Shown here one piece after another: positions 55,996 to 64,000 of a DNA stretch of 64,000 nucleotides (positions are counted from its first letter, which is position 1; each line of letters starts with the position of its first letter). The DNA lies in contig CACNHT010000006.1 in the NCBI GenBank assembly GCA_902620285.1, positions 857 through 64,856 of the forward strand, given 5' to 3'. Under the pieces are notes generated by a model. The model made no database searches, was not told where the DNA came from, and saw only the letters and a program-made list of their open reading frames with translations. This DNA is from an uncultured Alphaproteobacteria bacterium. Its GTDB lineage: Bacteria; Pseudomonadota; Alphaproteobacteria; HIMB59; GCA-002718135. Both the position numbers and the translations under genes were made by a program.

Positions 55996-57552
55996 TTAAA
56001 CTCCTTCTATTTTTAAATTTGCTGAATTCTCTTTAATAGATTTAGTTTTTTTAAAGATCAATCTGTTTAATGCATTAATGTATGCTTTTGCTGATGCAAC
56101 AATTATATCAGGATCACTTCCTTTTGCTTGTGATGAGAGATTATCATCTTCAAGTCTGACAGTGACCTCTCCTTGTGCATCAGTGCCAGCAGTAATTGCA
56201 TTTACTTGGTAAAGTTTAAGTTTAAATTCAGTATTAGTAAGTTTTTTTATAGCATTAAATGTGGCATCAACAGGACCATTACCATTAATTTTTGTATTTT
56301 CCACTTTATCGTTAATTTCAATCTTTAATTTAGCCTCAGCTTTTTCAACAGATCCAGCATTTACTTCTAGAGATACAAATTTAATGTGTTCATCGTATGA
56401 CGATGTTCTATCCTCTGCTAAAGCAATTAAATCCTCTTCAAATATTTCTTTTTTCTTATCTGCTAAATCTTTAAATCTTCCAAATAATTCCATTAAAGCA
56501 TTATCACCTACTTCATACCCAAGTTCTTTTAACTTTTCTGAAAAAGCATGTTTACCTGAATGTTTTCCAAGAACTAGTGAGGATTTGTTAAGCCCTATTG
56601 ATTCAGGGGTCATAATTTCATAAGTTCCAGCGTGTTTGAGCATACCATCTTGATGTATTCCTGCTTCATGAGCAAAAGCATTTGCACCAACTATCGCTTT
56701 ATTTGGCTGAACTGGGAAGCCTGTTATTGATGATACTAATCTAGAAGCTTTCATAATAGACTCTGTTTTAATATCTGTATGAAAAGGCATTAGATCTTTT
56801 TTTACTTTTAAAGTCATTACAATTTCTTCTAATGATGAATTTCCAGCCCTTTCACCCATACCATTAATTGTACACTCAACTTGTCTTGCGCCTTCTTTAA
56901 TTGCGGCAACATTATTTGCTGTTGCTAAGCCTAAATCATTATGTGTATGAGTGGAAAGAATTGCTTTATCAATATTTGGCACATTATTTTTTACATTTTT
57001 AAAAATTTTACCAAATTCTTCTGGGAGTGTATAACCAACAGTATCAGGGATATTAATAGTTGAAGCACCAGAGTTAATAGCAAGCTCGATACATTTATAT
57101 AAAAATTCTAACTCTGATCTTCCACCATCTTCACAACTCCATTCAATATTATCACAAAGATTTCTTGCATGAGACACAGTTTTTTGAATAGCTTCCAAAA
57201 CTTCTTCTTCAGTTTTCTTTAATTTATATTTCATATGTAGAGGACTAGTTGCAATAAAAGTATGAATTCTTGGAGACTTTGAATGTTGTACTGCTTCCCA
57301 AGCACGATCGATATCTTTAAAGCTTGCTCTTGCTAAACCAGCAATAGTTGAGTTTTTAACCCGCTTGCTAACTTCAGAAACTGCTTCAAAATCTCCATTA
57401 GAAGCGATCGGAAAACCTGCTTCAATAATATCAACTTTCATTGAATCAAGAACTTCAGCAATTTGAAGTTTTTCATCTAAATTCATTGATGCACCTGGAG
57501 ATTGCTCTCCATCACGAAGAGTTGTATCAAAAATATAAATTTTTTCAGTCAT
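55996..57552 (-). CDS. leuA: 2-isopropylmalate synthase
   Basis: 518 aa. IFDTTLRDGEQSPG, HTHNDLGLATAN, C-terminal LeuA regulatory domain. Confidence 0.95.
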   Translation of the reverse strand: MTEKIYIFDTTLRDGEQSPGASMNLDEKLQIAEVLDSMKVDIIEAGFPIASNGDFEAVSEVSKRVKNSTIAGLARASFKDIDRAWEAVQHSKSPRIHTFIATSPLHMKYKLKKTEEEVLEAIQKTVSHARNLCDNIEWSCEDGGRSELEFLYKCIELAINSGASTINIPDTVGYTLPEEFGKIFKNVKNNVPNIDKAILSTHTHNDLGLATANNVAAIKEGARQVECTINGMGERAGNSSLEEIVMTLKVKKDLMPFHTDIKTESIMKASRLVSSITGFPVQPNKAIVGANAFAHEAGIHQDGMLKHAGTYEIMTPESIGLNKSSLVLGKHSGKHAFSEKLKELGYEVGDNALMELFGRFKDLADKKKEIFEEDLIALAEDRTSSYDEHIKFVSLEVNAGSVEKAEAKLKIEINDKVENTKINGNGPVDATFNAIKKLTNTEFKLKLYQVNAITAGTDAQGEVTVRLEDDNLSSQAKGSDPDIIVASAKAYINALNRLIFKKTKSIKENSANLKIEGV

Positions 57553-57594
57553 TTCTTTAATTATACACTAATCAAAATTTTATTAAACTTTCAT

Positions 57595-59158
<1,564 letters not shown>

Positions 59159-59159
<1 letters not shown>

Positions 59160-60925
59160 TAAACTAAAATTTTTCCTTTATCAGCAGATTTTTTGTCTTG
59201 TTTTTGATCTTTACTTAACATCATTTCATTATGAGCAGATCCACTTTGAATCATTGGAAAGCAATTCTCTTCTTTAGTTACCCAAATATCTGCAATTACT
59301 GTATTTTTTGTTTCTATCATTTGATTTATAACATTATCAAGGTCATCAGTTGTTTTTGCTCTTAAACCAACAGCCTTGTAACTTTCAGCTAACTTTACAA
59401 AATCAGGTAAACTATCAGTATAACTTTCGGAATATCTTCCGCCATGTAAAAGTTCCTGCCATTGCCTAACCATTCCCATGTATTCATTGTTTAAAATAAA
59501 TATTTTTACAGGCAATCTATATTGAACAGCAGTGCTCATTTCTTGAATATTCATGAGTATAGAGGCGTCTCCTGCTATATCGACTACTAGAGCATCAGGA
59601 TGTCCAACCTGAGCTCCGATAGCAGCAGGAAAACCATATCCCATAGTTCCTAAACCACCTGAAGTTAGCCATCTATTTGGTTCTTCAAATTTATAGAATT
59701 GAGCAGCCCACATTTGATGTTGACCTACTTCAGTTGTAATAAATGTTTTTGTATTTTTTGTTAACTCATAAAGTCTTTGAACCGCATACTGCGGTTTAAT
59801 CTGCTTGCCTTCATTATTATAGTTTAAACAATCTACTTCTTTCCATTTATTTATTTTATCCCACCATAATTTTAATGAATCAGTATCTATTTTATATTTT
59901 CTGTCTTTCCAAATCGAAATCATTTTTTCAACAACTTGTTTAACATCACCTATTATTGGAACATCAACATTTATTGTTTTGTTGATATTACTTTCATCAA
60001 TATCAATATGAATTTTCTTTGAGTTAGGCGAGAAAGCATCAAGTCTTCCTGTAACTCTATCATCAAATCTTGCACCGATATTAATCATTACATCACATTC
60101 ATGCATAGCCATATTAGCTTCGTACATTCCATGCATTCCAAGCATGCCAAGTGAATTTTTATCTGATGAACCTACAACCCCCAGACCCATTAATGTCATT
60201 GTTACTGGTGACCCAACCATATTTATAAATTCTCTAACTAACTTTGAAGCTTTTGGACCAGAATTAATACATCCACCACCAATATAAAAAATTGGTTTTT
60301 TAGCTTTTGAAATTAATTCTACTGCTTCTTCAATTTTATTTTTTTCAAAATCAGGACTTGGTTCAAACAATCTATGAGAGGGAATAATAATTTTATTTTT
60401 TTCTTCATAAGTTCCTGAAGCAAATTGAACATCTTTAGGTATATCAATTAATACAGGACCTGGTCTTCCATTTTGAGCAATGGTAAATGCTTCATGAAAT
60501 ACAGAAGATAATTTATTAACATCCTTAACTAAGTAATTATGTTTAGTACAAGGTCTCGTTATACCTGTCGTGTCACATTCTTGAAATGCATCACTGCCAA
60601 TTAAGTGTTGAGGTACCTGTCCAGTTATACATACAATAGGTACACTATCCATCATTGCGTCAGTTAAACCGGTTACAACATTTGTTGCACCAGGTCCTGA
60701 TGTAACAAGAACTACTCCAGTTTTACCAGTCGATCTAGCATAACCTTCAGCTGCATGTATCGCACCACCCTCTTGTCTTACTAAAACGTGCTTAATTGAA
60801 TTCTGTTTAAATAAAGTATCGTATATGGGTAATACCGCACCACCAGGATATCCAAATACAACTTCTACGCCTTGTTCAGCTAAGCTTTTTAAGACAATTT
60901 CAGCGCCTGTTATTTCATTGTTCAT
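59159..60925 (-). CDS. ilvB: Acetolactate synthase large (catalytic) subunit, ThDP-dependent
   Basis: 588 aa. GYPGGAVLPIYD, ThDP motif GLGTMGYGFPAAIGA...GDASILMNIQE...NN. 1-nt overlap with ilvN. Confidence 0.95.
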
Positions 60926-60972
60926 TGATTTTAGCTCATAGGCTGTGGATAAAATAAAATCAATAAATTAGT

Positions 60973-61896
60973 TCAATTTTGCTCTAAATTAATGGATTTT
61001 AAGTCAATTTCATCCGGAAATTGATAAAATTTTTTAAAAATATTAAGATTTGAAGATCTCCACCAAGTATGTTGTCTTTTTACATAGTTTCTTGTTACTT
61101 GCTGTATTTTAAAAATACATTCCTCAATTGATACTTCGTTATTAAGATAAGATTGTATTTCAGGAACTCCGTGAGCTTTCATTATTGGTAAACTATAATT
61201 ATAATTTAATTTAAGCAAATTTTTGACTTCCTCTATCGCACCATCTTCCATCATTAAATGTGTTCTATAATCTACTCTTCTATAGTTTTCTTTTCTATCT
61301 GGAAGAAATAATAATATTCTGTAATTTTTTAAATTAATAAAATTTTTATTTTTACTTTTTTTCCAGTCACTAAATTTTTTCTTAGTAAAAAAATTTACTT
61401 CCCATATTCTTCTTATTCTTTGAATATCGTTAGGTGGAATATTAATCATTGCATCACTGTCAAGCTCTTTAACTAAATTATAAAAATTTTCTTTACCAAT
61501 TTTTAAAATCATTTTTTCTGATTCTATTTTTGCTTTTTCTGGAATAAATGGAATTGAAACTATTCCATTAATTAAAGATTCTATGTAAAGACCTGTACCT
61601 CCAACTAAAATTGGAGTTTTATTTTTATTAACTAAATAATTAATTTTTTTTGATGCTTCCTCACACCATTTTTGAACATTAAATCTAACATCACCTTTAA
61701 CAAAACCATAAAGATGATGATTGATTTTTTTTTGATCACTTATAGTTGGTCTAGCAGTTAATATACTTAACTCATTATAAATCTGCATACTATCTGCATT
61801 TATAATTTCACCATTTAGTTGGTTCGCTAGGCTTAAAGCAAATTTTGATTTTCCTGATGCAGTTGGGCCTAATACAAAATAGATTTGAGTTTTCAA
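60973..61896 (-). CDS. miaA: tRNA dimethylallyltransferase
   Basis: 307 aa. P-loop GPTASGKS, INADSMQIY, GGTGLY. Confidence 0.9.
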   Translation of the reverse strand: MKTQIYFVLGPTASGKSKFALSLANQLNGEIINADSMQIYNELSILTARPTISDQKKINHHLYGFVKGDVRFNVQKWCEEASKKINYLVNKNKTPILVGGTGLYIESLINGIVSIPFIPEKAKIESEKMILKIGKENFYNLVKELDSDAMINIPPNDIQRIRRIWEVNFFTKKKFSDWKKSKNKNFINLKNYRILLFLPDRKENYRRVDYRTHLMMEDGAIEEVKNLLKLNYNYSLPIMKAHGVPEIQSYLNNEVSIEECIFKIQQVTRNYVKRQHTWWRSSNLNIFKKFYQFPDEIDLKSINLEQN

Positions 61897-63254
61897 TTAT
61901 TCTTAAATTTAATTGTTACCCAATTTTGCTCATCATCTCTAATTATTTTTAGTAATAATGAGGATCTGCCTGTTTTTTCTAAAGAATTTACTAATTCTTC
62001 AAATGAATTCATATTGCTAATAACCTCTCTATTAACTTCTGTGATTATGTCTCCATTTTGCAGACTACTATCAATGTCGTCAATTAAAATTACTTTAACC
62101 CCACTTTCATGATCTTCAATAGTAATTCCTAAAGATTCAATTTTTAAATTTTTTTCAATATTTGTAATTGTTTTTCTTTCCGTAACTACCTCACCAGGTA
62201 ATTCTCCTAATATTACCTCAATACGAATTTTTTTATTTTTTCTCCAAACTTCTAATATTGCAGTCGAGCCTACATCTGACTCTGCAACAACTCTTGGTAA
62301 ATCAGGCATCTTTTTAATTTCTATATTATTAAATTTTAAAATTACATCTCCTGGTTCTAATCCAGCAGTTTTAGAGGGACCATTAGGATTGACATTGGAT
62401 ATAAATGCACCTTTTTGATCGGGTAAACCAAGACTTTCTGCAAAATCCTTTGTAACAGGTTGAATTTGTACACCTAACCAACCTCTCTTAGTTTTTCCAA
62501 AATCTTTTAATTGTTGTACTATTTTTTTAGCACTGTTCGCAGGTATTGCAAATCCTAAACCAATACTTCCGCCTGTTTGCGAAACAATTGCCGTATTAAT
62601 TCCTATTACCTCTCCATCTAAATTAAATAATGGTCCACCAGAATTACCACGGTTAATAGATGCATCTGTTTGTAAAAATTTAACATATGGCCCACTACCT
62701 AAATCTCTTGAAATTGCAGATATAATTCCTGCAGTGACAGTTCCTCCCAAACCAAGAGGGTTTCCAATTGCAATTGACCAATCTCCAACTCTCATCTTAT
62801 CCGAATCTCCCCAACCAACATATGTAAGTTTTTTGTTTTTTGGATCAATTTTCAATACAGCTATGTCTGCTTTGGGATCTCTTCCAAGTAATTCAGCTCT
62901 AAATTCTGTTTCATCATTTAGTATAACAGTTATTTCATCAGCTCCTTCAATTACATGATTATTTGTAACAACTATACCATCTTCACTTATTATAAAACCT
63001 GAACCAAGTCCTGTCATTGGTCGTTGTGATTGTCTTTGATCACGATCAAAATATTCTTTAAAAAAATCATCAAAAGGAGATCCCTCTGGAAATTGTGGTA
63101 TTTGATTTTGGTTATTATTTTCAACAATTGTAGTTGATGCAATACTAACTACTGCAGGAGATAATTGTTCTACTAAATCAGCAAAACTCTCAGGTACAGC
63201 AAGTAATGGTTTCGAAAATATAATAGAAATTAAGAATAAAAATTTAATTCTCAT
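61893..63254 (-). CDS. degP: Periplasmic Do/DegP/HtrA-family serine endoprotease with two PDZ domains
   Basis: TNNHV (His), DIAVLK (Asp), GNSGGPL (Ser). I prefer the Met at 63254 (MRIKFLFLISIIFSKPLLA signal peptide), 1 nt after the upstream stop, over the track start 63290. Confidence 0.9.
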   Translation of the reverse strand: MRIKFLFLISIIFSKPLLAVPESFADLVEQLSPAVVSIASTTIVENNNQNQIPQFPEGSPFDDFFKEYFDRDQRQSQRPMTGLGSGFIISEDGIVVTNNHVIEGADEITVILNDETEFRAELLGRDPKADIAVLKIDPKNKKLTYVGWGDSDKMRVGDWSIAIGNPLGLGGTVTAGIISAISRDLGSGPYVKFLQTDASINRGNSGGPLFNLDGEVIGINTAIVSQTGGSIGLGFAIPANSAKKIVQQLKDFGKTKRGWLGVQIQPVTKDFAESLGLPDQKGAFISNVNPNGPSKTAGLEPGDVILKFNNIEIKKMPDLPRVVAESDVGSTAILEVWRKNKKIRIEVILGELPGEVVTERKTITNIEKNLKIESLGITIEDHESGVKVILIDDIDSSLQNGDIITEVNREVISNMNSFEELVNSLEKTGRSSLLLKIIRDDEQNWVTIKFKNN

Positions 63255-63255
63255 A

Positions 63256-63456
63256 TTAATTGTCATAGTATTTGATCGTGAAATAAACAAGGCACAGCCC
63301 TAGTAGTGCAAAAAATAAACTAATATTTTTTACAGTTTGTGGATTAATAAGAGAAAGCATATCAAGATATTTCTTTAAATTGTTCGCTAAGAAAAAATAG
63401 AGTATGCCTTCAGTGATCAGCACTAGACCTATGCTTATTAGTAATATTTCAAACAT
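63256..63456 (-). CDS. Small DUF2065-like membrane protein
   Basis: 66 aa, two hydrophobic helices. The hflC - small membrane protein - degP position is the common proteobacterial arrangement. Confidence 0.6.
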   Translation of the reverse strand: MFEILLISIGLVLITEGILYFFLANNLKKYLDMLSLINPQTVKNISLFFALLGLCLVYFTIKYYDN

Positions 63457-64000
63457 TAATTTTGGATATCTATTTCACCAAAAAATTTTTCACAAACTTC
63501 CCCTGGAGCGATTACCATGGACATCTCTGTATCTCCAAAAGTATCTTTACACGCTTGCATTGTTCTTAAGAAATCAAAAAATTCCTCATCACGGCTATAA
63601 GCATCACCTAATATTCTATTTTTAGCAGCATCTCCTTCACCTCTTAGTATTGAAGATGTTCTTTCAGCTTCAGCTAAAATAACTGTTTGTTGTCTATCCG
63701 CTGATGCAACAATTTCTTTAGAAAGTTCTTCACCCTCTGCTCTTAATAAATTTGCTTCTTTTTCACGTTCAGAACGCATTCTTTGATAAACGTTATTAGA
63801 TACTTGTTCAGTTAAATCTGTTCTTCCAATTCTAATATCTACAATTTTAACACCAAAAGAGTCCTCATTAACTTTGATTTGTTTTTCAATCTCATTCATA
63901 ATGTTAATACGTTCATCACTCAGTAGTGATGTTAAAGAGTATTGTGCAATTACACCTCTAACTGCCGCATTTATAATTCTTCCAAATCTATCTGAAAAAG
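63456..64000 (-). CDS. hflC: HflC (band-7/SPFH protease modulator), N-terminus beyond the right window edge
   Basis: I extended the track ORF (63456..63899) upstream by hand: ...FSDRFGRIINAAVRGVIAQYSLTSLLSDERINIMNEIEKQI..., open to base 64000. GVKIVDIRIGRTDL and the C-terminal EFFDFLRTMQA are HflC-like. Confidence 0.85.
   Translation of the reverse strand, partial: FSDRFGRIINAAVRGVIAQYSLTSLLSDERINIMNEIEKQIKVNEDSFGVKIVDIRIGRTDLTEQVSNNVYQRMRSEREKEANLLRAEGEELSKEIVASADRQQTVILAEAERTSSILRGEGDAAKNRILGDAYSRDEEFFDFLRTMQACKDTFGDTEMSMVIAPGEVCEKFFGEIDIQN

Noticed and set aside
56261-56623. 120-aa plus-strand ORF inside leuA; similar ORFs at 47085..47375 (livM), 54720..54914 (mreC), 58455..58643 (ilvC/ilvN), 61885..62112 and 62734..62958 (degP), 63404..63625 (hflC)
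   Set aside because: These are shadow ORFs opposite well-supported genes, with Ser/Leu/Phe-rich low-complexity translations.

Overview
AT-rich, extremely gene-dense alphaproteobacterial chromosome segment. Gene content, synteny (NDUFA12-like/DUF2155, hflC-DUF2065-degP, short RNase E) and streamlining (1-8 nt gene overlaps, almost no intergenic DNA) suggest a SAR11/Pelagibacterales-type genome; the taxon is an inference. I call 66 protein-coding genes (three are small and tentative, two are cut by the window edges), one tRNA(CAU), one programmed +1 frameshift site (prfB) and one clear intrinsic terminator. I saw no rRNA, CRISPR array, transposase, integrase or phage gene. Most of the window is core housekeeping: sufBCDS-sufT-sufA, mnmA, tyrS, prfB, PBP1A, rne, dcd-aroQ-accBC-aat, pyrC, glyQS, sppA, ispB, rpe, uppP, gpsA, a LIV-type ABC transporter, rodA-mrdA-mreDCB, leuA-ilvC-ilvNB, miaA, degP and hflC. 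The most interesting part is the left edge (1..5112), beyond a tRNA-Met gene. It is visibly more AT-rich and carries cysQ, a 983-aa PEP-utilising-family kinase with no TIM-barrel domain, a class I amidotransferase-like hydrolase and a LicC-like nucleotidyltransferase. This matches the domain content and gene order of the Campylobacter jejuni cj1418-cj1417-cj1416 cassette, which makes cytidine diphosphoramidate, the donor for O-methyl-phosphoramidate capsule decoration. To my knowledge such a P-N glycan-modification pathway has not been described in this lineage. Secondary points are listed under findings: a non-canonical prfB shift codon (GUU UGA C instead of CUU UGA C); a deoC / tandem-ALDH / mutarotase / ribokinase pentose cluster whose 786-aa ALDH carries a catalytically dead second half-domain; unannotated small ORFs (a 27-aa hyper-basic peptide and a 53-aa membrane peptide coupled through TAATG); and convergent genes that abut or overlap with no room for terminators.
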